From: Squalus acanthias
Lineage: Eukaryota
Length of the DNA: 64,000 nt
Assembly: GCA_030390025.1 (NCBI GenBank)
Contig: CM059432.1
Location: 121,088,001 to 121,152,000, forward strand
Direction of reading: 5' to 3'
The notes under the pieces were generated by a model. The model did no database searches. It saw only the letters and a program-made list of their open reading frames with translations, and was not told the origin of the DNA. Below, one piece after another: positions 1-12,094 of the stretch. Both the position numbers and the translations under genes were made by a program. Each line of letters opens with the position of its first letter. The stretch's first letter is position 1.

Positions 1-80
1 GCGCTGCCGATCCAATGCACCCTTGTAAGGTGTAGTTCTCTGAGGCCCTTCCTGGGCTGGATGTAAAGTCCTTTCTTTAC

Positions 81-272
81 CAACCAACACCTTAAACAGA
101 TTATCTGGTCATTATCTCACTGGTGTTTGTGGGACCTTGCTGTGCTCAAATTGGCTGCCATGTTTCCTATATTCCAACAGTGACTACACTTCAAAAGTAC
201 TTCATTGGCTGTAAAGCTCTTTGGGACATCCTGAGGTCATGAAAGGTGCTATGTAAATGTAAGTCTTTCTTT
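81..272 (+). mobile_element. Deu-type SINE (SacSINE1/AmnSINE1-like), 3' part with L2-like tail
   Basis: Contains ACAGATTATCTGGTCATTATC...AAATTGGCTGCC...CTTCATTGGCTGTAAAGC...AAGTCTTTCTTT. The same sequence recurs at 5683, 13028 and 47005 in this window. Confidence 0.75.
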
Positions 273-689
273 CCTTACTCTTTAGCTTTAATACTATTTG
301 CCAGTAGGATAAAGAGAATTGAACCAATGCAGGATCGATTACTTTAGTCTGGGCAAGTCGGAGATTTCCCTTAAGGCCTTGTAAGGGTAAAATGGGTTGA
401 ATTCCTGGGGAATCGCAGGAACTCCTCCAGTCATGCCCCCTTAATGTCCAGGTGGGGAAGGAGCGAGGAGAGGAATTTACTTATACTCCCCCTTATCAGA
501 AATAGGTTGGAATCTCAGCAGTACTGGGTTTCCCTCCCAGATTCCGGTCGCCAGTGGGCTACCCCTTCACTCTTCACCCTGAACCAAGACCGGAATTTTG
601 TGCCTAAAATATTTTAGCGGTCTAGACTTATGACAGCAGTAATAAAGATACTCTTCACATGCAGTAGCTTTATTATTGTAAGAGTATTT

Positions 690-3030
690 GCCCCGATATT
701 AACTCGAAGGCGTGTTGGGAGTGGAATGGGGGGGATCCGATATCGTGTGGAAAACCTGGAATTAAGTTCAGCGCGTCTGTCCGTGGCTTTTTAACGCAGC
801 CACCTGATTATCGTTTTACTTCTGGGTTTGGCATTGATTACGCGGCAGTGGGCGTGATGAGGACCCACATGACGCAATCTCAACTCCAGTATTTTAAGGG
901 CCAATCCCAAGATGGAATTTAGAGGATTTGGAGTTGCAAGCAAGAGAGGACAAGGTGTGACAATGGACTCAGGATGCTCAAAGTCTGCGCCTCCCTTGCT
1001 GTACTTCTGGGGGCTGTGAGGAGCTGGATTGAGATACTCTTCCCCAACAATGGGAGGAAGAAACCTGTTGCTACCACAAAGAAGGCAAATGAGGTGGCCC
1101 AGGAGATCAGCAGCAGGAGCATTGAGCCACGCTCCTGGATTCAGTGCAGGAAGTGCTTTAATGACCAAGCCAGGTCAGGAAAGGTAAGTACAGTTGCACA
1201 TTCACCTACATCCTGCTGTGCGCACCACCTCAATTGCTCACTCTGCCTTGTCAAGCCTACTCCACCACATCACTCCTCACACCCATTTACCTTGCAAGCA
1301 CATCCATTCTTCTCTGTCTATGCACTTCCTCATATCCTTATCTATCTATCCACCACTGCCACTCACCCTCATCCTTATGCAATTTGATGCCTCTCCCTGA
1401 AAGTCACCCTCACCAAATGCACTGCATGCATTGGGCAAATGCATGCCATTACACTCACTCATAGATCTGTTCTTTTCCCCATTACAGGAGAAAAGATCGC
1501 AGAACACCAGGGAGAGGCAGAGAACCGGAGGGGGTCCTCAATAGATTTCACAGCTAACAACTGCAGAGGAAGAAGCGCTGGAGATCAGTGGCATTTCGCC
1601 GTCCCTGACCATTGGAGATGGGGACCTCCCAGCTACCTGGTGACACAATTAATTATCAACAACCCATATGTCATACAACACTCAATCATGTTGACTTGAT
1701 TTCAACAGCGAGTGAAATCTGATCATCTTCATAATGATAAGTTACAACATACTTAACTTGCCAGTATTAATTCATATCTTTTCTCTCCGCCAGAGCCTTC
1801 ACGCGTGCAACTGGAGACCATGGACCTCATGGACAACGAATCCTCAGAGGAGCTGATTTGTTCTGATGGTGCTCCGTCACAAGACGCATGCGTACCATGC
1901 ACCAGCTCAGATACTCACACTTTAGTTAGACAGATAGTTGGTTTTTAACCTGGTGACTCACACTTCACAAGTAAGCCAGAGCAGATGGTGGTGGCAGGGA
2001 CAGCAGTGGAGAGTCCGCATCGGGGGGCACAGCCCTCTCCAAGCTCTGCTCAGCTGGACACAGATGCTGTACCCCAGGGGCTGTTGATGAAAAGGATAAT
2101 CATTGAGCAGCAGCAGAGATTGTGCAATGCACTGGCAGGCCTTCCAAGCACATTGACGACGATTGCAGGGAGAAAGGAGGAGTCGGCCTCAAGCATGAGT
2201 GGATTGATGTCACAGGGCATTGCGATGATGTGTTCTTTCATAGATAGAGGCCAACTCTGTGGCACATCAATCGCAGTAATCAAATGAGTCCATGCAAGTC
2301 TTGCCCATGCACACACTGGATGCCAACATGTCTGCCACCTTAAATAGGATGACAGATACCTTAGCCTTGGCCTTACAGGGCCGCACTGATCTGCACCAAA
2401 GCGCTCTCCAGCAGCGTGATAGTAGTGAAATGCGGCCGTCCCATGAGAGGGATGATGGCAAAAGGGGACATGGAAGTGGAGACTCCACTCTACGCTCTTC
2501 CACTTCTCACCCATTGCCCCGCCTCAGTCAGTACCTGACATGCTGCCTCGTGTTCCGATGGCCGAGTCCGGCGTGCACAGGTGCAGGTGAAGCAATCTTT
2601 TGTGGAGACCTGACCTGCTCCAAAACCCAGAGTTCATTGGCCAAGGGCATCTCAGCAGTCAGAGCAGGGATGTGAGCAGCCTGCCTCTACCTCTGCTTAA
2701 GCCACAGGGGTTGCACCACTTAGGAGTGGTAGGCAAAGGAGGAGTAATTCTTTGTAGTTGCACAAGGGTCTGCACATGGGTGTATGAGAAAATGTTACGT
2801 TGTGAAGTTTCTGTTCTTTTGTAGAATCACTTAAATTTTATTAGTTTGCACCACGTTCCCGTGTTGCCCATTCTTGGTTGCCGAGTGGCTAGTTGCCTTT
2901 TAACTTTCTTGATGATGAATGGATAGACATAAATTGATGGGGACCAATGAGGGTATGTGTAAGGTGTGGTTGGTTATTTCCAGGACTGCTTTGTGTCAGT
3001 GGCATGGTGGGGGGGGGGGGGGGGGGGGTG
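690..3030 (+). mobile_element. Degenerate Harbinger element carrying the Myb/SANT partner gene; boundaries approximate
   Basis: The left end GCCCCGATATTAACTCG resembles GCCCTGATTTTAACTCG at ~62765. It contains a spliced Myb-like gene whose last exon resembles the Harbinger Myb C-terminal exon at 50626-51350. Confidence 0.6.
961..2790 (+). pseudogene. Spliced Harbinger Myb/SANT-like (NAIF1/MSANTD-type) DNA-binding protein gene, disrupted
   Basis: Exon 1 reads ...EVAQEISSRSIEPRSWIQCRKCFNDQARSGK with donor GTAAGT at 1184. The acceptor TTTTCCCCATTACAG ends at 1487. Exon 2 reads EKRSQNTRERQRTGGGPQ followed by an in-frame stop. A further acceptor lies near 1793, and the last exon has frameshifts. 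Confidence 0.7.
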
Positions 3031-3072
3031 GCGTTGGGGCGGGAAGAGTGGCTGTTGCATCTGCTTGTGATT

Positions 3073-3555
3073 TTATTTTTGTTCCTAGGATGTGGCATCG
3101 CTGGCAAGGCCAGCATTTTTATTGCCCATCCCTAATTGCCTTTGAGAAGATTGTGGTGAGCCGCCTTCTTGAACCGCTGCATTTCGTATGGTGAAGGTAC
3201 TCCCACAATGATTCTTATTATTGTTTTTGATAGTGGTTTGGTACAACTGAGTGACTTGTTAGGCCATTTCAGAGGGCAGTTAAAAGTAAACCACATTGCT
3301 GTGGGTCTGGAGTCACATATGGGTCAGACTAGGTAAAGACAGCGGATTTCCTTCCCTGAAAGGACATTAGTGAACCAGATGGGTTTTTAATGACCATCCG
3401 GTAGTTTCACGATCACCATTACTGATACTGCCTTTTTATTCCAGATTTAATTAATTAACTGAATTTAAATTCCCCAGCTACTATGGTGGGATTTGAACTC
3501 AGGTCGCTGGATCATTAGTCCAGGCCTCTGGATTACCACTATGCTACCGTTCCCC
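3073..3555 (-). mobile_element. tRNA-derived SINE with a LINE-derived 3' tail
   Basis: The minus strand starts with a tRNA-like head including the B-box GAGTTCAAATCCC near 3490-3500. It ends in the GGGATGGGCAATAAAAATGCTGGCCTTGCCAG tail shared with 33410, 37660, 56670 and 57510. Confidence 0.7.
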
Positions 3556-3585
3556 TACAACTGTGAGTTTGCACATGCTCTTAAT

Positions 3586-4140
3586 ACAAAAGTAAAATTA
3601 CTGTGGATGCTGGAAATCTGAAAGAAGAATATAAAATGCTGGAAATACTCAGCAGGTCAGGCAGCATCTCTGGAGAGAGGAACAGGGTTAATGTTTCAGG
3701 TCGATGACCCTTCGTCAGAACTGGAAAAAGTTAGAGATGTAGCAGGTTTTAAGCAAGTACAGGGGCAGGGAAAGTGGGGAGGGAAGGAAAGAACAGAAGG
3801 GAAGGTCTGTGATAGGGTGGAAGGCAGGAGAGATTAAATGACAAAAGGGATGATGATGCAAAGCAAAATGAGATGGTAATGGGACAAGAAAAGAAACAAA
3901 AGATGGGTCTAGAAGGGGTGTAAATGGGAATCGCAGAATCATCATCCCCTGCCATCTGAAAAAATAGGGGCAGAGGTTATGGTCTGAAATTGTTGAACTC
4001 GGTGTTGAGTCCAGAAGGCTGTAAAGTGCCTAATCGAAAGATGAGGTGCTGTTCCTCAAGTTAACGTTGAGCTTTGTTGGAACAGTGTAAGAGGCCGAGG
4101 ACAGAGAGGTCAGAGTGGGAGTGGAGCGGAGAATTAAAGT
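3586..4140 (-). mobile_element. Penelope-like element 3' fragment (GIY-YIG C-terminus plus pseudo-LTR with hammerhead motif)
   Basis: Homologous to 40850-41405 and 48245-48810. The minus strand encodes ...CSNKAQR*LEEQHLIFRLGTLQPSGLNTEFNNFR and carries CTGACGAAGGGTCATCGACCTGAAAC at ~3694-3719. Confidence 0.85.
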
Positions 4141-5159
4141 ACATTTCTCTGTTCTCTCAAAAGGCAGCCTGTTGAATACTTTAGTGTGATGAGGCCAGAT
4201 AGAAATCGACAAGCTGATTTATTTTTCATATAGTGTGAAGTAGCAGAGTAACAATTATAGTGAATTACAACTCATTTAGCAACACTCCTTGTAGCATAGA
4301 ATATTAGAAAGCACTGTCCCTATTAGCAGGCTAGATACAACTTTTATAACGAACGTTCTCACTGTATCTAATCAGCCCTGGTACTTAAGAGGTGTTTCTC
4401 TCTTTAGGACTAGCTTCCTGTCCAGATCTCACAGACTCTTCGACCATTTGTTCCTTAGCTGGGCAGAAAGGCTATGGCTTCACCTCTGACCCTACCCCAG
4501 CTCTCTGTATTTGGTGCTTGGCCAATTGAGCTGTCAATCAAATCTGCTGTTGCCCTCCTAGGAATGGGTTCCAGGTATCCACAATTGCTGCCCCTCTCAT
4601 CATAGCATGTATGAACGCTTACGGGAAGTATTGGAATGTTATAACGAGTCACAGTTTGTCCTAATCGGTTTAGATTTACATCTTTGTTATCCGGCCCATT
4701 ACCTCTCTGGAGAGCTCATTCAGACACTCGGGCCCTTTATTGCTTCGGCAGCTCCAGATTTTTCTCTGGGCTCTGTTAATTAGAGCTCAGAATCCTGAAT
4801 CTGACTCCATATCAAAACCATAATTTGGTTGAAACCAAAAATCCCTTCTAGGCTAATTGGTTAAACAGTTAATGACATTATAAACATAGCAGCAAAATCC
4901 CTTCTGATATCTATTTCCAGCAAAATCGTAAACCCTCCTTGGGTGGAACACTTTTGCTCGAAGTAGTGAATATATGAAACCTTACCACTCTATTTACAAT
5001 GTTGTTAACCCTCGTTAATGTCCCCTGGTACTACTGCCACACCTGCAAACAAGTGAGCAGGCTTTGCAGAAGATGCAAGGCCAGCCAATTTACATAAGCT
5101 AGTGGCTCTCCAGGTACTTCTCATGATTAGCTGGAAGTGCCAGGGCTACAATGTTGAAC

Positions 5160-5391
5160 TAAAAACAGAAAATGCTGGAAATACTCAGCAGGTCAGGCAG
5201 CATCTGTGGAGAGAGAAACAGAGTTAACGTTTCAGGTCGATGACCCTTCATTAGAGCGGTTCTGACAAAGGGTCATTGACCTGAAACGTTAACTCTGTTT
5301 CTCTCTCCACAGATGCTGCCTGACCTGCTGAGTATTTCCAGCATTTTCTGTTTTTATTTCAGATTTCCAGCATCCGCAGTATTTTGCTTTT
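5160..5391. mobile_element. Minimal inverted Penelope pseudo-LTR insertion (~95-bp arms plus 3' tail)
   Basis: 5160-5255 is the reverse complement of ~5260-5356. The flanks CTACAATGTTGAAC and CTACGATGTTGAGC look like a TSD. Confidence 0.8.
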
Positions 5392-5682
5392 CTACGATGT
5401 TGAGCATTAGCTGCCAGCAAAAGGCTATTGGCTGCCTGCTGTGTGCCAGGCAGTCGTCTAGCTTAGGAGAAGGGGCATCGGGCATGTAGTGGGTGGTGCA
5501 TTGTGAGCAGTGGGCGGGGCTTAGAGTTGCCAGAGGGGGCACTGGGCATGGGTGCCCAAATCTGTTTTGGCAACATTCAATGGCAGCCACCCCTTCAACA
5601 CCCATTTGGCTAGAGCTCAGGTGCATTAGCCTGCATTATGCGACAGCTCTCTCGATTTGCATTGAGGCCAGAGGCTTAATAA

Positions 5683-5786
5683 AAAGAAAGACTTTATATT
5701 GTGCCTTTCATGACCACCGGACATCCCAAAGCGCTTTACAGCCAATGAAGTATTTTTTGAAGTGCAGTCATTGTTGTAATGTAGGA
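5683..5786 (-). mobile_element. Deu-type SINE 3' tail fragment
   Basis: Reverse complement of the 13080-13192 tail. Confidence 0.7.
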
Positions 5787-7243
5787 CTAGTGCACAGCTT
5801 GTGCGCAAGCTCCCAAACCTCTTTGCACTTGCCATCTACATTAAGGGGTATCCCAGGCATGTTGTAAACCTCGGGCCCCATGCCCAATTTTACAGGGAGT
5901 TATACCTGAACAAAGCAAAATTGAAATACCATTTCTCAGTACGTCCATGGGGGATGTGGGATCCCCCAGTGTTCTAGAAGATCTATTTCCTAGTAGTCTA
6001 GTAGTGAGCATTTGTCTATTTTCCCAGGCAACCTAGTGGGTGCGTAAAGGGTCTGATCACTGCTGGAATAGCCAGGGTCCATTTTGGCAAACTACTTAAC
6101 CATGGTCGATGTTTGCATCCAACCCTCTGTAGTGTACAATACGAAGTCTAATGGTCCATGGTGATCCAGGGAGATGTCTAGATCAGGATCAGTACTTCAG
6201 AACAATATTAAATTGAAACTTTATGTTAAAAAAAAAATCAGAATTTGCTTCCTTGATATATACACAATAGAACTCACTTATAGTGAATGTGTTTAAACTG
6301 AACAATTCCAGTATTGTATTTGTCTTACTGTAGAATCATACTCCTGCTATAATGAAATTACTTAATGCCTATAATGAAAATGTGCGTATTAATTTTCCAG
6401 TGCAATTAAAGAATATGATAAAGCAACTCCTAGTTCAATGGACACCAGTGCCTCATTTCACAAGGCATCTAACCTTTGTTTGTGCTCTGACACATTCTCA
6501 TAAATGCACTTTAAAAGAGTTCATCTGAGTTTAGCTACACAAAACAGCCTTAGGATCACAATAGTTTCTTCCCAATGCACACAGCTAGTGTTAGGTCAAA
6601 CTCACAAGCCGAGAATGCAGCACTGTCTCTGGATCAGGCAGTTTCTGAATCAATTTTCAGAATGTACCAATTTCAAGTTGAGTCATTCATTGTAACTAAG
6701 TTTGAATTTGGTGCTTTTTCCATTTTAAAAAACTGTCAGTTAGCAGAATTCAATCACCTGACTCTCCATATGGCAAGCCTCCTAATGTGGTGCCATTTAA
6801 GGTTTCTGGCTCTATTGCTCTGTGCTTCTTCATTCAATGGGTGAAGACAGTGCCTGTAGCAGACAGCATCCCATACAATCTGTAATCTGTAACTTTTTGC
6901 TTTCTGCACCTGCCGAGGTATATACAAGTATTAACCATAAGCAGCCACCACTCTGTAAATTGCACAGCTAATAACTGTAGGGGAGGGCTGGGTACATCGC
7001 TGGTGGAAGATCCAATAACGCCCATTTTACACACCTACCAAGGTTGAAAGTTCTGCCCAGTATGTTATGATAGCCAGTATAGAAGGGACAATAATTTACC
7101 TAATAAAACACAATCTGCAGTTAATATTCTTTTTTGTAACCGTTTACATAACATTTGTTAACCCTTTCACCATTGGCTGTGATGAGGATTGTCATTCTCT
7201 TTGGATGGCCAACTTTTGTAGTTTCTGCTCACACTGAAACGTC

Positions 7244-7590
7244 GGGGGGAATTTTAACCTGGAGGAGTGCGTGGGTTTGAGTGCGGGTGAGGGGTTTAAA
7301 CCAGCAAAAATGTGAGCATGTCGATAAACCGGCTCTAACCCACCGACATCCGCGTTTAACTCGAGCGCATTAGGCTGGTTGTGCGCAACCCCCTCAGGAG
7401 AGCGAGTTGCCTATTAAAATATGGTAATTGCTCAATTGGAGCGATATTTCAAAACAATTTTAACTTTAACGTCGCATCCACGGGTTTCCCGGGCTTCCTG
7501 AAACCCACCATTGAAAGCAAGGCGAGAACACAACGGCAAGTGAGGAGGCTGATTAAATAACTACAATAAATACTTAGTACTCACAAGTGC
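7244..7590. mobile_element. Harbinger-like transposon end or MITE fragment
   Basis: Starts GGGGGGAATTTTAAC. The internal CACGGGTTTCCCGGGCTTCCTG matches the reverse complement of ~42635-42657 in the Harbinger element. Confidence 0.5.
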
Positions 7591-7601
7591 TTTCTTATCA
7601 A

Positions 7602-10150
7602 CTCACCGAGATATCCTCACTGCTTTCCTCCCTCAGCCTCTGCACCGAGCGACTTCTCATCCTCGGTGATTTCAAACTCCATCTCAATTCATCATGCTCT
7701 CTCTCCTCTGAGTTCACTGGCCTCCTATCCTCCCTTAATCTCTCCCTCCATGTGAACTCCCCAACCCATATTCACGGCCACCCCCTCGACCTTGCCATCT
7801 CTCGTGGCCTCGCTATTCCCACTGTGTCAATCGAAGATAAAGCCATCTCTGACCACTTCCTTCTATCGCTTTCCACCCACATCCCCCTTCCCCCATTCAA
7901 CCCTACTTCCTTCTGTGTCTGTCTCTGGAAAATACTCTCTCCCAACTCACTCACAACTGCACTTACAAAATCCCAACTGTCCAGCCTTTGGCCCTCCATT
8001 CACCACGACATTTCTGCAGCTACTGATCTGCTTAACCACACCCTCACCACCACCTTCGATGCCCTAGTCCCTAATAAAACCATTACTGTCTCTCACCCTG
8101 GCCGTTCCCCTTGGTATGGCCCACATCTTCGCTCCCTCAAGTCCAAGGGACGCAGACTTAAACAGATATGGCGGACAACTGGTTTAGCCATTCACCGCCA
8201 GATCTGGCTGGACCACATAAAGCATTATCGGGTCCTATTCGTCTGCCAAAACTGCTCACTATTCCAGGATCATTCTGGAATACAAAGATAACCCCTGGCT
8301 TCTATTCTCTACTGCTAACCATCTTCTTAAACTCCTCTCCCCTGTCTCCTCCACACTCACATCCAACTACAAGTGCGAGGAGCTCATGGACTTCTTTGTC
8401 TCTAAGATTGAGACCATCGGATCAGCTGCCTCTGCCACTTCCCTTCCTTCCCCTAGCCCATCGGGCCAGACTTCCTCTGAGGTTTACCCCTTCTTTAGCC
8501 CTGAACTCACATCTTTCTCCAGTTTCTCTCTGATCTCCCCTCTTGACCTCTCCTCACTCAGCTTGTCCATGAGACCCACTTCCTACTCCCTCGCGCCTAT
8601 TCCCACTAAACTGCTGACCACCCAACTTCCTTTTCTGGCTCCCATGTTAGCTGACATTATGAACGATTCTCTCTCCTCAGGCAGTGTCCCCCTCTCCTTC
8701 AAATCTGCTGTCATCACCCCTCTCCTCAAAAAACCAACCCGTGACCCCTCCGTCCTTGCAAACTACCGCCCCATCTCCAACCTCCCTTTCCTCTCCAAAG
8801 TCCTTGAATGTGTTGTCGCCTCTCAAATCTGTGCCCATCTTTCCCGGACCTCCATGTTTGACTCTCTCCAATCTGGTTTCCACCCCTGCCAGAGTACCGA
8901 AATGGCTCTCAACAAAGTCACAAATGACATCCTTTGTGACTGTGACAAAGGTAAACTATCCTTCCTCATCTTTCTCGACCTGAGTGCAGCCTTTGACACG
9001 GTTGACCACTCCATCCTCTCTAAACGCCTCTCTACCATCATCCAGCTGGGTGGGGCTGCACTCGCCTGGTTCCATTCTTATCTATCTAATCCTTGGTCCC
9101 TTCCTATTTCTCATCTATATGCTGCCATTTGGCGACATCATCCGAAAAGTCAGCGTCAGTTTCCACATGTATGTTGACTACAACCAGCTCTATCTCACCA
9201 CCACTTCTCTCGACCCCTGCACAGTCTCTAAATTGACACACTGCTTGTCCGACATTCAGTTCTGGATGAGCAGAAATTTTCTCCAATTAAATATTGGGAA
9301 GACCGAAGCCATTGTCTTCGGGCCCCACCACAAACTCCGTTCCCTAGCCACCGACTCCATCCCTCTCCCTAGCATCTGTCCGAGGCTGAACCAGACTGTT
9401 CACAACCTTACTGTCATATTTGACCCCGAAATGAGCTTCCGACCAGATATCCACAGCATAACCAAGACCGCCTATTTCCACCTCCGTAACATTGCCTGTC
9501 TCCGCCCCTGCCTCAGCTCATCTGCTGCTGAAACCCTCAACCATGCTTTTGTTACCTCTAGACTTGATTATTTCAACGCACTCCTGGCTGGCCTCCCACA
9601 TTCTAGCCTATGTAAACTTGAGGTCATCCAAAACTCGGCTGCCCGTGTCCTAACTCGCACCAAGTCCCATTCACCCCTCACCCCTGTGCTCGCTAACCTC
9701 CATTGGCTCCCAGTTAAGCAACATCTCAATTTCAAAATTCTCATCCTTGTTTTCAAATCCCTCCATGGCCTCGCCCTCCCTATCTCTGTAATCTGCTTCA
9801 GCCCCACAACCCCTCCCATCACCCCCCACCCCCCGTGATATCTGCACTCCTCAAATTCTGCCCTCTTGAGCATCCCTGATTATAATTGCTCATCCATCGG
9901 TGGCCGTGCCTTCAGCTGCCTAGGCCCCAAGCTCTGGAACTCCCGCCCAAACGTCTCCACCTCTCTAACTCTCTCTCTTCCTTTAACACACTCCTTAAAA
10001 CCTACCTCTTTGACCAAGCTTTTGGCCATTTGCCCTAATTTCTCCTTATGTGGCTCGGTATCAAATTTTTGTCTTATAGCACTCCTGTGAAGCACCTTGG
10101 GATGTTTTACTACGTTAAAGGTGCTATATAAATACAAATTGTTGTTGTTG
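7602..10150 (+). mobile_element. L2-clade LINE, 5'-truncated, ORF2 (APE endonuclease remnant plus RT) frameshifted
   Basis: ORFs 7587-8291 (LILGDF...THIHGHPLDL...SDHF), 8386-9177 (NYRPISNLPFLSKVLE, QSGF, LDLSAAFDTVDH) and 8984-9838 (LGPFLFLIY, YVDYNQLY, LHWLPV). The 3' end is GCTATATAAATACAAA(TTG)n. It lacks the segment present at ~39200-39280 in the second copy. Confidence 0.92.
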
Positions 10151-10261
10151 GTTTACGATTTTATTCCACAAAGTATACAGAGGAATTCTTCACCCACACT
10201 GATGACATCAAATTTCCCCAAGGTAAGGACCAGATTAGGTTGGGCTGTCACATCCTAAAGG

Positions 10262-10545
10262 TCAAATATACTGGCAACAATCACTGTCGAGGTTTACCCA
10301 TGAAGAATGACCACTGTGGGGAGAGCTTAAATTAATAAATGCAGGAGAATGAGGAAAGAAAACAAGGTAATGAAGGAGACAGGAAATGAATATGGGTAAA
10401 GAGTGTAGGAAAGATAACGAGGAGCAGATCAAGGAGATTGAAAATAGCAAGGCTGTGAAACAGACCGAGGGAGGTTTGAGTTGTATGTATGTAAATGCAC
10501 AAAATATTTTGAATAAAATTGGTGAGCTAGTGGCACAAAATATGT
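10262..10545 (+). mobile_element. CR1-type LINE fragment near the ORF2 N-terminus
   Basis: Translates as LSCMYVNAQNILNKIGELVAQ, which resembles the first motif of an APE endonuclease. Confidence 0.55.
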
Positions 10546-10714
10546 TTTGAATACGAGGTCAGCTTCAGGGTTTTAAGCATTATTTTACAAAGGTTTAAAA
10601 TCAACTCTGCAGGCAGAGCTGCGGGAGACGAGTATCCAAGTTAAACTAGCCAGCCCCGTCTGTGGAATTTTGACTGTCTTCAGATCAGAAAGTAGAAATC
10701 CATTCAGACCCATT

Positions 10715-11488
10715 GGGCTGGATTTTCAATGACCCGTGGAGTCGGGTTTGGAGGCGTGTGGGGTGTTAAAGTTGCAGATTCGGGAGTCCCGACCCCATCC
10801 CGACTCCATTCCGCCTCCACACAATTTTGATAAAATCGTGTGCGGTGTTCCCGACTCCGTCCCACCTCCAAGAGGCGGGAGAGGCCATTAAAGCCCTTAA
10901 CAAGCCCTAAATTGGCTCTGTAATGCCATTTTGAAATGTTTTAGCTAGTTTAACCCTTTTCCCACGTGAAGCACGCCTGATGTGAAACACGCCAGTGAAA
11001 CCTGGCGGGAGCACAAGTGGATAGCTGACTATCAGCTGCAGGTCCACTATTACAACGGAGATGTGATGAAGGTTGTAGTAGTATTAGGTCTGAAAGTCGC
11101 CTGTGATGCTACTGCATTGAATGTCTTCAAAGACTGCCTGGCCTTTGCTGTGAGAGGACCTGGATGCAAAAAAAATTCTCTCTCTCTCTCTCTCTGTCTC
11201 TCTCTGTCAGATGCTGCTCATTTTGCATCCAGGTCCTCTCACAGCAAAGGCCAGGCATTCTCTGAGACCAGGCAGTCTCTGACCTGCAATGCAGCAGCAA
11301 TGATGACATCATCAGAGGCGACTTTCAGACTGAAACCACTAATTGGTTTATGGGTTCCCACATGCTGGAACTCAATTGCCCAATTAAGTGAAAATTGCAT
11401 CAATCTCCCACATCCACTTGCAGTCAGGTGGATAACACAAAATGCGGATGACACGACCCCAACCCGCCCCAATATCAAAATCCAGCCC
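10715..11488. mobile_element. Harbinger-type MITE
   Basis: Perfect 12-bp terminal inverted repeats (TIRs) GGGCTGGATTTT / AAAATCCAGCCC, imperfect 3-bp flanks ATT/TTT, and no coding capacity. Confidence 0.7.
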
Positions 11489-11807
11489 TTTGTGTCATGA
11501 TGCGATTATTCATTTTGAAAGGGGCAGGGGATAGTATGCAGGGCTGTCACCCAATGGCTTCAAGAACTATAAAAAGAAGAGCTGCAAATGACACAGTGAA
11601 TTATATAAGTCATCTGATTATTGAAAGAAAACAAAAGAGAGATATAATTGTGGGTGGCAAAAGACCTGTAACTACAGCAGTCAGATATCAGGTGGAAGGA
11701 AGTGGCACAGGCAGTGAGTGGCATTTTCTTAACCCCCAAAACCCTTCTCTAGTACAGAAATAATTTTCATGACCTTACAAGGTTAGCAAAGGTAAGTGTA
11801 ATTGCAG

Positions 11808-12092
11808 CATAGGAACAGGAGTAGGCCATTTGGCCCCTCGAGCCTGTGCTGCCATTCAATGAGATCATGACTGATCTGTGATCTAACTCCATATTCCCAC
11901 TTTTGCCCCATATTCCTTAATAACTTGGTTCACAAAAATCTATCAATCTCAGGTTTAAAATTAATAGAATTTGCATCAATTGTCATTTGCGGAAAAGAGT
12001 TCCAAACTTCTCCCACCGTTTACATGTGGAAGTGTTTCTTAACTTCACTCCAGAAAGGCCTGGCTCTAATTTTTAAGCTATGGCCCCAAGTC
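11808..12092 (-). mobile_element. CR1 LINE 3' end fragment
   Basis: CATAGGAACAGGAGTAGGCCATT...GCCATTCAATGAGATCATG is the reverse complement of the CR1-type 3' UTR, as at 45500-45650 and the SINE tail 21430-21510. Confidence 0.75.
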
Positions 12093-12094
12093 TT

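Noticed and set aside
3009..3028. Poly-G run as a functional G-quadruplex
   Set aside because: It is a simple homopolymer in decayed repeat sequence, its length may be error-prone, and nothing supports a function.
5160..5356. pre-miRNA gene
   Set aside because: The hairpin is fully explained by inverted Penelope ends found many times in the window.
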